In this document: positions 20,789 through 30,848 of the stretch, piece by piece
Position numbering within the stretch: the stretch's first letter is position 1
How the letters are laid out: every line of letters begins with the position of its first letter
Source: Promethearchaeota archaeon
GTDB taxonomy: Archaea; Asgardarchaeota; Lokiarchaeia; Sigyniarchaeales; SOKP01
Reading direction: 5' to 3'
Length of the DNA stretch: 64,000 nt
Assembly (NCBI GenBank): GCA_048940445.1
Contig: JBHLON010000004.1
Location: 1-64,000, forward strand
Notes under the pieces: generated by a model
Databases searched by the model: none
Told to the model about the DNA's origin: nothing
The model's input: only the letters and a program-made list of their open reading frames with translations
Translations under genes and position numbers: made by a program

Positions 20789-21259
20789 TTGATGAATTAT
20801 TGTCCAAATTGTGGAACTAAAGTAGAGTCTTTTTGGAATGTATGTGCTAATTGTGGGTATCGTTTATCAAAAGAAGTGAGTTCAACTATTATTGAGAAAA
20901 AGCCTCAAAAAGAAGAGATACAAATTGCTACTACTAAAGAAAGTTATAATTATTTTAAACCCCAAAAAAAACAGGGGCCTTATGCATTAACCTTCGGAAT
21001 CATTGGTTTTGGTTTATCAATTGTAACTCTAATTCTTAGAATTAATCCTATATTGACTTTTATTGCTATTTCCTTAGTGATCAATAATTTATTTATATTT
21101 GTGATGGGGATTACAGCTGTTATTTTCGGTTTCATTGGAATTTTCAAAGATGATTCAAAAGGAATGGCAATAGCAGGATTGAATTTAGGTGCTGGAATTT
21201 TTATATTATTTTATATTAGATTTGTAATCTATCTCAGATACTCTATTATTCCCATCTAA
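20789..21259 (+). CDS. Zinc-ribbon + 3-TM membrane protein, paralog 2
   Basis: CPNCG...CANCG, three TM helices, GIFKDD motif. Confidence 0.8.
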   Translation: MMNYCPNCGTKVESFWNVCANCGYRLSKEVSSTIIEKKPQKEEIQIATTKESYNYFKPQKKQGPYALTFGIIGFGLSIVTLILRINPILTFIAISLVINNLFIFVMGITAVIFGFIGIFKDDSKGMAIAGLNLGAGIFILFYIRFVIYLRYSIIPI

Positions 21260-21376
21260 CCGCCGTATATATAATATAATAGCTTGTAAGGCCGTTTTAA
21301 CTTATAATCTCAATTTTACTGCTTTTTATGAAAATTAAATAATTTTTAGAAAAGAAATATAAATGTACTTTTTCTA

Positions 21377-21883
21377 GTGATACATATGAATTACTGCCCG
21401 AATTGTGGCACTAAAGTAGAGTCCTTTTGGAATGTTTGTGCTAACTGTGGTTATCATATATCAGAAAGAAGCATCCCTACCCTCATTCAAAAGGAACAAG
21501 AAAAGCAGTTTACACAAGTAAGGACAGCAACTCCTAAACCAGTTAAAACTTTAGCTTCAAAACCACCTGAAGGCTATTTTGAACCCGAAAGAACATACGG
21601 AACTGTTGCTTTAGTCGCAGGAATTGTTGGTTTGGGCCTAACCTTTTTAATTATATTCCTACGAATCATTGGGACTTTTACATTACCATTACTCACATTT
21701 AATAATGTGATGATAATAATTTTAGCTATTTTGGCAATTATTACAGGCATAATTGGAATTATTAAAGATAATCCAAAGGTAATGGGCATTATTGGTCTAA
21801 TCCTGGGAGTTACTGGACTAATAGTATTATTTATAAGAGCAGTGTTTTTTATAGTAAACTTATTTATCCCATTACCACTGTAA
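21377..21883 (+). CDS. Zinc-ribbon + 3-TM membrane protein, paralog 3
   Basis: Same N-terminus as paralog 2; GIIKDN motif. Confidence 0.8.
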   Translation: MIHMNYCPNCGTKVESFWNVCANCGYHISERSIPTLIQKEQEKQFTQVRTATPKPVKTLASKPPEGYFEPERTYGTVALVAGIVGLGLTFLIIFLRIIGTFTLPLLTFNNVMIIILAILAIITGIIGIIKDNPKVMGIIGLILGVTGLIVLFIRAVFFIVNLFIPLPL

Positions 21884-22026
21884 GCTTTAAATTAATACTG
21901 AATTTTATCAATAATCTTTTTCAATAATTAATTTGTTATACTTATTTTTATATTATTTAAATTGATTTTAAATTATATTTAGGATTCAATTTTTATTTTA
22001 TAAGCAAAATAAATTATTGATTTAAG

Positions 22027-23142
22027 ATGAAAAAAAAAACAGAAATCCCGTATGAGATAGATGAGAAAGTTTATAACCGTTTCGAAGAAAAGTATCACAT
22101 GATTTATCGACGTCTATGGGATAAAACTTTGACAACATATCGTAAAATGTTTGAAGAAAACATAGAAAAACACATAAATTCAAAGAGAGAAGGATACTCT
22201 AGAATTGATTTTGCTACGGTAGCTGCTGGATGGACCGTATATGAAAGATTTCCCTTTGCTTTTACATGGCAAAAAAATAATGATTACGATATAGGTTATG
22301 GTCTAAATTGGATTAGAAAAAGATATGAAATTACAAATCCTCAAGATTTTTCTTTAATTCTAAAAAAAGTAGCAAAATTTTACGGAGCTTCTTTGGTTGG
22401 TATTACAGAAGTTAACGAGAAATGGATATACAAATCTGGGTTTTTAAGGTCTGGTATGACTAGTGAAGCTGATTCAAAGAAAGAACTTAGAGAAGGAAAA
22501 TTATGCGATAATATATTAGACAATCTTATCAGCTTACCCAAAGGAATAAGTAGAGTTATCGTTATGGCTATTGAAATGGATCATGATGCAATATCAACAG
22601 CACCAGCTCAACCTGCTGCTGCAGCATCAGCTATAGCCTATTCGAAAATGGCTTTTGTAATTTCTTGTCTTGGTGAATTCATTAGAAATTTAGGGTATCG
22701 AGCAATTCAATGCGGCAATGATACTGCTATAAGTATTCCAATAGCGATCGATGCAGGACTTGGAGCTATTGGAAGGAATGGATTATTAATTACTCCTGAG
22801 TATGGATCTCGTGTAAGAATTTGTAAAGTATTTACAGATATCCCTCTTGCTATTGATAAACCTAATTTAGAATTCATAAAGAAAGTAAATGATTTTTGTA
22901 CTAAATGCTATAAGTGTGCCGATATATGTGAAACTAAAGCTATTTCAAGAGAGAAAGAACCATCTTTTAAACCACCTACTATATCTAATAATCCAGGAGT
23001 TAAGAAATATTATGTAGATGTTGAAAAGTGTTTCGAATTTTGGATTGAAAATTCAAGTGATTGTGGAAATTGCATTGCTATTTGTCCATTTTCTAAATTG
23101 AAAACCCTTCTTTCCGCTACTGATTTTTGGAGAAGCTTCTAG
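22027..23142 (+). CDS. Reductive dehalogenase / QueG-like cobalamin- and 2x[4Fe-4S]-binding protein
   Basis: KKVAKFYGASLVGIT, AGLGAIGRNGLLITPEYGSRVR, FCxxCxxCxxxC and CxxCxxxCP; no TAT leader seen. Confidence 0.85.
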   Translation: MKKKTEIPYEIDEKVYNRFEEKYHMIYRRLWDKTLTTYRKMFEENIEKHINSKREGYSRIDFATVAAGWTVYERFPFAFTWQKNNDYDIGYGLNWIRKRYEITNPQDFSLILKKVAKFYGASLVGITEVNEKWIYKSGFLRSGMTSEADSKKELREGKLCDNILDNLISLPKGISRVIVMAIEMDHDAISTAPAQPAAAASAIAYSKMAFVISCLGEFIRNLGYRAIQCGNDTAISIPIAIDAGLGAIGRNGLLITPEYGSRVRICKVFTDIPLAIDKPNLEFIKKVNDFCTKCYKCADICETKAISREKEPSFKPPTISNNPGVKKYYVDVEKCFEFWIENSSDCGNCIAICPFSKLKTLLSATDFWRSF

Positions 23143-23256
23143 TTTAGCAGATTTAGATTTCATAATAATTAAAATGTGAATTACATAAATTTTTGAATTG
23201 CTTTAAATATAATTACTAAAGCAGATAAAATTTTCATGTAAACAATATTTCTGAAA

Positions 23257-24972
23257 ATGAAAGCTATTGATAAAGCAACAATTGCGGAATTTCTACATGA
23301 CTATATAACACGACTTACAATTGACGAAATTACATCTCTTATTGAAATACCACCTCCCGAAATCGAGTATACCTATGCCTTTCCTTGTTTCAAACTAACT
23401 AAATGGGAAAAAGCAAAGAATCCCAATATAATTGCTACTGAATTGAAAAAAAAAATTAAACTTCCGAAATTTTTGGAACAGATTGAAGCAAAAGGACCAT
23501 ACTTAAATATGCAAGTTAGTAGAAGTTACATTCTCAATGAGATTTTTAGTTTAAAAGAAGATTTTGGGAGAATAAGATTAAAATTGGGACACGAAAAGAA
23601 AAAAATCCTAAAAATTGTAATTGAATATCCCTCTCCAAATACTAATAAGCCATTGCACTTTGGACATGTAAGAAATATGTTATTGGGGCAGTCTATTTCT
23701 AATTTACTTAAGTACAAAGGACATCAAGTATTCCAAGTTAATTTATATAACAATCGGGGCATTCATATTTGTAAAAGTATGTTAGCATATAAGAAATGGG
23801 GGAGAGGCAAAAAGCCTGATAAAAAAAGCGATCATTTTGTAGGAGATTTTTATGTACTATATAATGAAAAAGAAAAAGACCAAAATGAATTAGAAAAAGA
23901 AGCTTATGAATTATTGAAGCTATGGGAAGCTGGTGATAAATCAACGGTTATGTTGTGGAATAAGATGAATCAGTGGGCTTTAGATGGTTTTAATGTAACA
24001 TATAAAAAGTTAGGAATCTCGTTTGATAAAGTTTATTTTGAATCTGATCTGTATTTGAAAGGTAAAGAAATCATCAATGACGGACTAAGAAAAGGTATTT
24101 TTGAAAAACTCGACGATGGAGCCATTATTGCTAGATTAGGGGATTATAATCTTGAAGACAAAGTGTTAATACGTCGCAATGGCACAGCAATTTACATAAC
24201 TCAAGATATATATTTGGCTTATAAAAAGAAGGAAGATTTCAATTATGATAAATCTATATATGTGGTTGCGGATGAACAAATACAACATTTTAAATGGTTG
24301 TTTGCAATTCTAGATAAACTAGGATTTAAGGGAGATAATTTTCATTTGTCTTATGGAATGGTAGATCTACCCAGTGGAAAAATGAAAAGTAGGGAAGGAA
24401 CGATTGTTGATGCTGATGATGTCATTAAGGAAGTGGAAGAACTTGCTTTTAAAGAAGTAGAAAAAAGATATCATGATATTTCATTATTTGAAAAAAAGCA
24501 GAGAGCTGAAATTATTGGTTTAGCAGCTTTAAAATTTTATATCTTAAAGTATAATCCAACAAAAGGATTTGTCTTTAATCCCGAAGAGAGTATTTCTTTT
24601 GAAGGTGAGACCGGACCATATATTCAATATTGTTATGCACGAATCTCTTCGATAATTAATAAATCTAATCTTAAGATTGGATCAGATATCAATTGGGATT
24701 TATTAAACCATAAAAATGAGTTAGCTTTAATCAAATGGTTAACTTATCTTCCCGAGAATATTAACGATTCAGAAGCAACATATGATATTCATTTGATTGC
24801 ACAATATTTACTCACACTATGCCAATATTTTAATTCATTTTATACCTCATGCCAAGTAATTTCTGATGATAAGGAATTGGAATATGCTAGATTATTTTTA
24901 ATACATTGTGTACAAATAGTAATAAAGATTGGATTAAACATTTTAGGAATTGAAACTTTAGAACAAATGTAA
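23257..24972 (+). CDS. argS: Arginyl-tRNA synthetase
   Basis: SPNTNKPLHFGHVRN (HIGH), KMKSREG, FEGETGPYIQY, C-terminal LEQM. Confidence 0.96.
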   Translation: MKAIDKATIAEFLHDYITRLTIDEITSLIEIPPPEIEYTYAFPCFKLTKWEKAKNPNIIATELKKKIKLPKFLEQIEAKGPYLNMQVSRSYILNEIFSLKEDFGRIRLKLGHEKKKILKIVIEYPSPNTNKPLHFGHVRNMLLGQSISNLLKYKGHQVFQVNLYNNRGIHICKSMLAYKKWGRGKKPDKKSDHFVGDFYVLYNEKEKDQNELEKEAYELLKLWEAGDKSTVMLWNKMNQWALDGFNVTYKKLGISFDKVYFESDLYLKGKEIINDGLRKGIFEKLDDGAIIARLGDYNLEDKVLIRRNGTAIYITQDIYLAYKKKEDFNYDKSIYVVADEQIQHFKWLFAILDKLGFKGDNFHLSYGMVDLPSGKMKSREGTIVDADDVIKEVEELAFKEVEKRYHDISLFEKKQRAEIIGLAALKFYILKYNPTKGFVFNPEESISFEGETGPYIQYCYARISSIINKSNLKIGSDINWDLLNHKNELALIKWLTYLPENINDSEATYDIHLIAQYLLTLCQYFNSFYTSCQVISDDKELEYARLFLIHCVQIVIKIGLNILGIETLEQM

Positions 24973-25003
24973 TTGTAAATAAAGAAGAGGGTAATCAAAT
25001 TTA

Positions 25004-25912
25004 ATGACGTTCTTCGATTTTGGGCAAGTTATTGATTTTGAAAGTAAGTTTGTGATATTTGGTATTCCATGGGATTATTTAACCTCAATAAAGGCACCTA
25101 ACTCTGCTATCGCACCTCGAAAAATACGTGAAGTTACTAAGAATTTAGCTTTAACTACAGAGATGGGTTATGAAATCCCAGAGTTAGATGCTGTCGATTT
25201 AGGGAATGTCAAAATAGATACTCCTAAAGTTGATAAAAATCTTAAAGAAATCCAGAAATTTGTTAAACAAATTTTCTCCCAAAAAAATGAGATTATTCCT
25301 GTAATGATTGGAGGAGATCATTTCTGTTCATTTCCTGTAATAAAAGCAATTGGAGAACATTTTAAGAAAAAGGAGGAATTAGGTTATTTGATATTTGATG
25401 CTCATCTTGATTTCTATGAACAATGGGATAAAGGAGTATATTCACATGCTACCACTTCTCACAGAATTTATGATTTAGATTTCGTAAACAAAAATAATAT
25501 CTTAATTGCTGGGACTAGAGATATTGACATTCCTGAAAAACAGAATGCTGATCAGGAAAATATAACATTTCTAAATGCATTTAAATTACAGGATTATGGG
25601 TTAAATTCATATATCGAAGAAATTATTGATTTCTTTAAAAGGTCAAAAATCAAATACCTTTATATATCAATTGATATTGACGTTTTAGATCCTTCAATTG
25701 CTCCTGCTACAGGCTATGCAATTCCTGGAGGATTATCATATCGAGAATTGTGGAAAACTCTCAGAGAAATAACAAGAGAATTTAAAGTAATCGGCTTTGA
25801 TTTAGTGGAAGTAGCTCCAAATTTAGATCTTCCAAATAATTTAACTAGTAATTTAGCTGCTAAATTAATTATAGAACTTATTTCATTTATTTCGAATAAT
25901 ATATACTTTTAA
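25004..25912 (+). CDS. speB: Agmatinase (ureohydrolase family)
   Basis: GGDH, FDAHLD, SHAT, DIDVLDP, PGGL and DLVEVAP motifs. Confidence 0.88.
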   Translation: MTFFDFGQVIDFESKFVIFGIPWDYLTSIKAPNSAIAPRKIREVTKNLALTTEMGYEIPELDAVDLGNVKIDTPKVDKNLKEIQKFVKQIFSQKNEIIPVMIGGDHFCSFPVIKAIGEHFKKKEELGYLIFDAHLDFYEQWDKGVYSHATTSHRIYDLDFVNKNNILIAGTRDIDIPEKQNADQENITFLNAFKLQDYGLNSYIEEIIDFFKRSKIKYLYISIDIDVLDPSIAPATGYAIPGGLSYRELWKTLREITREFKVIGFDLVEVAPNLDLPNNLTSNLAAKLIIELISFISNNIYF

Positions 25913-25916
25913 TTAT

Positions 25917-26867
25917 ATGTCGTTTGAAAATTTTAAAGATTTTTTGAAGAAGGTAAATCAATTTAATATAAGAGAAACAGATGATATATTAAAACTTATA
26001 GAAGCATTCGCAGAAACAGGTTTTAATGCTAAAAGATTAGCTAGAGCGTGCCATATTTATAAAGAGATGGTTGATGATAGGGATTGCACAAAATTCTTTG
26101 GATTAGCAGGAGCTTTAGTCCCTGTTGGTATGCAGGGAGTAGTTCATGATTTTTTAGAAGATGGATTTATCGATATTCTTGTTACTACTGGAGCTAATCT
26201 GACTCATGATCTTGCAGAATCTCTAGGATTCCATCATCTACAAAGCGAAATGAATTTAAAAAATTTCGATGATGCTAAGCTTTATGAAAATAAATTAAAT
26301 CGAATTTATGATGTCTTTTTGCCGAATAATGTTTATGAAGGAATTGAGGAATTCATATCTAGTTTGGAGATTCCTGATAATAGTATGCCTGTGAGTGATT
26401 TCTTGCAGTTTTTAGGAGAACAGTTACCTGACAATCCAAATTCAATATTAAAGTTGTGTGCAGAAAAGCGGATTCCCATTTTTTGTCCAGCTTTCACTGA
26501 TTCGGGATTAGCATTGCAATTGGGATTTCATAACCGCAATTTAAATCTAAATCATTTCAAAGATATGTTAAAAATGGTAGATTTAGCATGGGATTCCAAA
26601 CATGCAGGGGTTTGTATTGTTGGAGGAGGTGTTCCAAAAAATTTTATTTTCCAATCACTTCAGTTTTGTCCCACATCAGCAATTTATGCGATACAAATTA
26701 CAATGGACCGCCCAGAGACTGGTGGATTAAGCGGAGCAACATTGGAAGAGGCTATATCATGGGGTAAAGTTAATGAAAAAGCAAAATATTCTACAATTGT
26801 ATCAGATGCAACTATTGTATTACCTTTAATATTGCTTTATCTGAAAAAAGCTTTAAATTTAAAATAA
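25917..26867 (+). CDS. dys: Deoxyhypusine synthase
   Basis: TTGANLTHD, GGGVPKN and GGLSGATLEEAISWGKV with the catalytic Lys. Confidence 0.92.
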   Translation: MSFENFKDFLKKVNQFNIRETDDILKLIEAFAETGFNAKRLARACHIYKEMVDDRDCTKFFGLAGALVPVGMQGVVHDFLEDGFIDILVTTGANLTHDLAESLGFHHLQSEMNLKNFDDAKLYENKLNRIYDVFLPNNVYEGIEEFISSLEIPDNSMPVSDFLQFLGEQLPDNPNSILKLCAEKRIPIFCPAFTDSGLALQLGFHNRNLNLNHFKDMLKMVDLAWDSKHAGVCIVGGGVPKNFIFQSLQFCPTSAIYAIQITMDRPETGGLSGATLEEAISWGKVNEKAKYSTIVSDATIVLPLILLYLKKALNLK

Positions 26868-26883
26868 TTTGAGAAATAGTTTT

Positions 26884-27348
26884 TTAATAAAAAAGTCCTT
26901 TTAACTTTTGATCGATATTTTTAGTATCTGAACCAAAAGTATAATCAAGGACATCCTTAAAATATTTAAATTGAGTAACTTCAGACAGATTTTTTCCTTC
27001 ATTAGATTTTTTAAATTCATTAGCAACGCTAAATAATAGAGGTTGAATTACCTTGTGGATATATTTTTCAATCTTTTTTTCTTTATCTATGATTGCATAA
27101 GAGATTAATGGCTCAGGTTCGCTGCTATCTTCTGAGCGAATCACACTATTTGTAAATGCAATTACAAATTTCTTTCCTTCAAAGTATTCTATTGAATTAT
27201 ATGTAAAAGCCGTATCTGCGAAATTTAAAAGTGCTGTTAATAAACCACTTCTTAAATCCGTATCAATTCTTCCAAAAGTTGATTTATGATAACTTTTTTT
27301 AACTAACGTAAATCCTCTGAATAATAAACCAACTTCACGAATTACCAT
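26884..27348 (-). CDS. Longin-like domain protein
   Basis: DLRSGLLTALLNFA helix after an N-terminal beta-hairpin, typical of Asgard longin-like proteins. Confidence 0.6.
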   Translation of the reverse strand: MVIREVGLLFRGFTLVKKSYHKSTFGRIDTDLRSGLLTALLNFADTAFTYNSIEYFEGKKFVIAFTNSVIRSEDSSEPEPLISYAIIDKEKKIEKYIHKVIQPLLFSVANEFKKSNEGKNLSEVTQFKYFKDVLDYTFGSDTKNIDQKLKGLFY

Positions 27349-27550
27349 TTTTAGATATTGGTTCTGTATTAAATATTATGTAACTTAAAAGTTTAAAAAG
27401 TAATTTCATTCTAGTTTATTTAAAAAAACCTAATCTAATAAACTCTTTGATTAACCATTATCTTATGATAAAATTTTCTTTGTTTAGAGCTAATTATTTC
27501 CCTTGAAATAAAAAAAAAGAATTAATATATAGACAACATTTTACAGAATT

Positions 27551-28738
27551 ATGATTACAAAAAATCAAATCAAACTATGTGCTGAAAATATCGCTAGAAG
27601 CATTAATATAAAGAAAGAGGGCGAATGCGTATTTATAAGGGGTGGACTTTATTCTCATGAATTATTAGAAGAAATTGGCTTATCTGTTTTAAGGCAAGGA
27701 GCAACTCCTTTCATTTCATATACGAGTGATTACTATTCAGAACAACTCTATCAAGATGATTTAATTAAAACAGAAACTTTAGAGAAAAAAGGTTTACATT
27801 ACATCAAAATGATTGAAAATATTGATGCATATATAGTAATTGAACCATTAGCAGATCTTTCTATAAAAAATAGGGCTCCACGGGAAAAGGTAGATGCCGT
27901 ACAAAAAGCCAATTTACCTATTAGAAATATTTTATATGGTTTCAAAAAGGAATATGCTCCAGGTAAAAAATGGTGTTATGCTGCCTGGCCATCTAAGGAA
28001 GCTGCTAAGTTTTTTAATATTGATTATGATCTATATGAAAAATTTATTGTTGGAGGAATAAGCATTCCTTTAAATGAAATGACTAAAATGACTCAAAATT
28101 TAGGACACTTTTTTGAAAATGCGAGAAAAGCCTACGTTTCTGATGATTATGGAACTGATTTTTGGGTCTCAATTGAAGATAGAGTTAGGATTCTTGATGA
28201 TGGGATTCTTTCTGATGAACAGATTGCGTTGGGTGATTTAGGGGGAAATTTACCAGCAGGAGAGGTGTTTTTTCCTCCTCATGAAACACAAGGGGAAGGT
28301 ACAATTTTTTGTCCTCTAACTAAAGACAGAATTAGCGATAAAATATTAAAAAATGTTAAACTTTCATTCAAAAAAGGAAGATTATTGATTGATAAAGTCA
28401 CTGCTGATACTAACCTGGAAGATTTAATTAACTCATTTAAAAAATGTGAAGAATTAGATAAGCAAAATGAAGTTCCAGAACTAAGAACTTATAATGTGGC
28501 TGAACTCGGAATAGGGTGTAACCCAGAAATTACAAAAGCTATAGGATATATTCTTACTGATGAAAAGATAATTGGGAGTGTTCATCTGGCTTTTGGATTT
28601 AATATCTCTTTTGGAGGAACTTCCGCATCGCAGATGCATTGGGATTTTGTAACTTACCCAAAAGCAAATATTACAGTTGAATATAAAGATGGAAAGAAAA
28701 AACAAATAATGGTAGAAGGAAAACTAATTGAAGAATAG
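27551..28738 (+). CDS. M29 aminopeptidase (AmpS/aminopeptidase T family)
   Basis: NLPAGEVF, AELGIG, DEKIIGSVHLAFG, HWDFV. Confidence 0.9.
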   Translation: MITKNQIKLCAENIARSINIKKEGECVFIRGGLYSHELLEEIGLSVLRQGATPFISYTSDYYSEQLYQDDLIKTETLEKKGLHYIKMIENIDAYIVIEPLADLSIKNRAPREKVDAVQKANLPIRNILYGFKKEYAPGKKWCYAAWPSKEAAKFFNIDYDLYEKFIVGGISIPLNEMTKMTQNLGHFFENARKAYVSDDYGTDFWVSIEDRVRILDDGILSDEQIALGDLGGNLPAGEVFFPPHETQGEGTIFCPLTKDRISDKILKNVKLSFKKGRLLIDKVTADTNLEDLINSFKKCEELDKQNEVPELRTYNVAELGIGCNPEITKAIGYILTDEKIIGSVHLAFGFNISFGGTSASQMHWDFVTYPKANITVEYKDGKKKQIMVEGKLIEE

Positions 28739-28765
28739 CATTACTTAAACTTTTATTAAATTTTC

Positions 28766-29242
28766 TTACAATGAAATGTTTTCTAAATATTCCAAAACCT
28801 TTTCTAGAACTAATTCTTTGAAATGAATTCTGTCTGTATGAAAATTATACTTCTCTATTTTTATTTCTTCTCTTGTAGAATACCCTATATAGACCAACCC
28901 AACAGGTTTATCTTGAGTTCCTCCTGTTGGTCCAGCAATTCCAGTAATTCCTATTCCAATATCAACATTTGATAAAACTCTAACATTATGAGCTAATTGT
29001 TGTGCCACCGTCTCAGAAACTGCCCCAAATTCTTCAATGCTTTTAGGATTCACTTTTAATAACTCTATTTTTGATTTATTACTATAGCAAACAATCCCTC
29101 TCTCAAAAACGTTTGAAGCTCCAGAAACATTAGTAAGCATATGGGAAATATATCCTCCCGTACATGATTCTGCTATAGCAATTAAAATTGTTTTCTTAGT
29201 AAACTTTTTGATGAGAGTTATTATTCTTTTTAAGGTACTCAT
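28766..29242 (-). CDS. pncC: CinA C-terminal domain / nicotinamide-nucleotide amidase
   Basis: AESCTGG, GAVSE and TGIAGPTGG...KPVGLVYIG. Confidence 0.9.
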   Translation of the reverse strand: MSTLKRIITLIKKFTKKTILIAIAESCTGGYISHMLTNVSGASNVFERGIVCYSNKSKIELLKVNPKSIEEFGAVSETVAQQLAHNVRVLSNVDIGIGITGIAGPTGGTQDKPVGLVYIGYSTREEIKIEKYNFHTDRIHFKELVLEKVLEYLENISL

Positions 29243-29406
29243 TTTTCTACAAATAAAGTAGATTATTTTAATATACTTTAAAGATTAAAAGAACTTAATG
29301 TTAATATAAACTCAATATAAATATAATTATTAATATTAATAATTAAGGTTGTAAAGAATAATTTTTAAAAAAAATAGAATACGCGGAATAACTATGGAGT
29401 GATTAA

Positions 29407-29952
29407 ATGAACGACAGAGAAGAAAGGAAAGATTTTGTATTTAAGATCACGGTAATTGGAGATGGAGCTGTTGGTAAGACATCTTTGATCAAGAAATACA
29501 CTCAAGGATCATTTCAAAAACAATATATTAAAACTTTAGGGGCTCAATTTTCGAAATACGATGAAAAAGTAGAGGGTAATACGGTAAAGCTCTTTTTCTG
29601 GGATATTGCAGGTCAAGCAGAATTCAGCTTTATGAGACCTACATTCTATAAAGGAAGTAAAGCAGCAATAATCGTATTTTCACACGCTCCAGGGGAAGAA
29701 GAGAGTTTTAATAATATAATTGAATGGCATGAAGATATTAAGAAATATTGTGGAAATATCCCAATAATATTATTTGGGAATAAAATTGATCTCATTAATT
29801 TAGAAGAATTAGATGAGAATAAAGCAGAAAAACTTGTTGAAGATCGTAAATTTATGGGATATTTTAGAACAAGTGCTAAAACAGGAACAGGTGTATATGA
29901 AGCTTTTCAAGCCATCATAAGGAAGTTATATCTTAAATTTAAAGACAAATAA
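29407..29952 (+). CDS. Rab-like small GTPase
   Basis: GDGAVGKTS, WDIAGQ, NKID, TSAK. Confidence 0.93.
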   Translation: MNDREERKDFVFKITVIGDGAVGKTSLIKKYTQGSFQKQYIKTLGAQFSKYDEKVEGNTVKLFFWDIAGQAEFSFMRPTFYKGSKAAIIVFSHAPGEEESFNNIIEWHEDIKKYCGNIPIILFGNKIDLINLEELDENKAEKLVEDRKFMGYFRTSAKTGTGVYEAFQAIIRKLYLKFKDK

Positions 29953-29985
29953 TTATTTCCGGTCATAATACCGCATTGATTATTT

Positions 29986-30279
29986 ATGATTGATGCATTT
30001 AAAGAAGGTTATCCAAAAATCTTGCTATTCTCATCAGCTCATTGTGCGCCTTGTAAACCAATAGAAGAAATGCTAAAGAGGATAAATATTTCAATGTTTG
30101 GAAAGAAATTATATATAAATAAAATAGATGTCGAAAAAAATTACAAATTGACAAAAGACTACAAAATCACCTCCTTACCTACGATTATCATTGCAGATCG
30201 CCGGCTTTCAGTAAATATTCAAGAAGAAGATATAATTGATGCCATTTTATATGGATTTATTTCTTCAGTTAAAATATAA
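29986..30279 (+). CDS. Small thioredoxin-fold protein (CAPC)
   Basis: FSSAHCAPC and the cis-Pro loop ITSLPTIII. Confidence 0.85.
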   Translation: MIDAFKEGYPKILLFSSAHCAPCKPIEEMLKRINISMFGKKLYINKIDVEKNYKLTKDYKITSLPTIIIADRRLSVNIQEEDIIDAILYGFISSVKI

Positions 30280-30328
30280 AAATTCTTAAAAAATATAAAT
30301 ATAAAAGATAAAAAAAGGAGAATATAAT

Positions 30329-30808
30329 ATGGATCGCCAATTACTCTCAAAAATTTTAACCCAGATGAGAGATCATTTAAAAAGAGGGAAAGAAATTGGT
30401 GATATGAAAGTAGGAGCTCTACTTGCTCTCGGTCACCAATTAGAAGCTATTTTTTATTATTTAGGTCATGAATTAGGGACCACTCTAAAAGTAAATCAAG
30501 TTGAAGATGTTTCAAAAATACCTATTCTTTTAAAAGAGACGATTGTAGAATATAATATAGGTAAAGTTGAAATCTCAGAAAGCTCAGATGAGATAGTACA
30601 GCTTAAGTTAAAGGATCACTCATCTATTAAGGATTTAGTTGGTAAAAATATTAGAACAGAGGGAAGTTTTTGTTCTTTTGAAGCAGGAATGTTAGCGGGT
30701 ATAGTTGAAAGAATGAGTAATGTTCATTGTTTTGCTCAAGAAATTAATTGCAGTTTACAAACAGGTAAAGATTATTGTGAATTTATGATTGTCTTTCAAA
30801 AAGATTAA
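30329..30808 (+). CDS. V4R-domain protein (Bet3/TRAPP-related fold)
   Basis: FCSFEAGMLAG...EINC....GKDYCEF Zn-binding V4R signature. Confidence 0.88.
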   Translation: MDRQLLSKILTQMRDHLKRGKEIGDMKVGALLALGHQLEAIFYYLGHELGTTLKVNQVEDVSKIPILLKETIVEYNIGKVEISESSDEIVQLKLKDHSSIKDLVGKNIRTEGSFCSFEAGMLAGIVERMSNVHCFAQEINCSLQTGKDYCEFMIVFQKD

Positions 30809-30848
30809 ATTAAAAGAGTCTTCGAAAAAAAATAGAAGTATATTAGAT

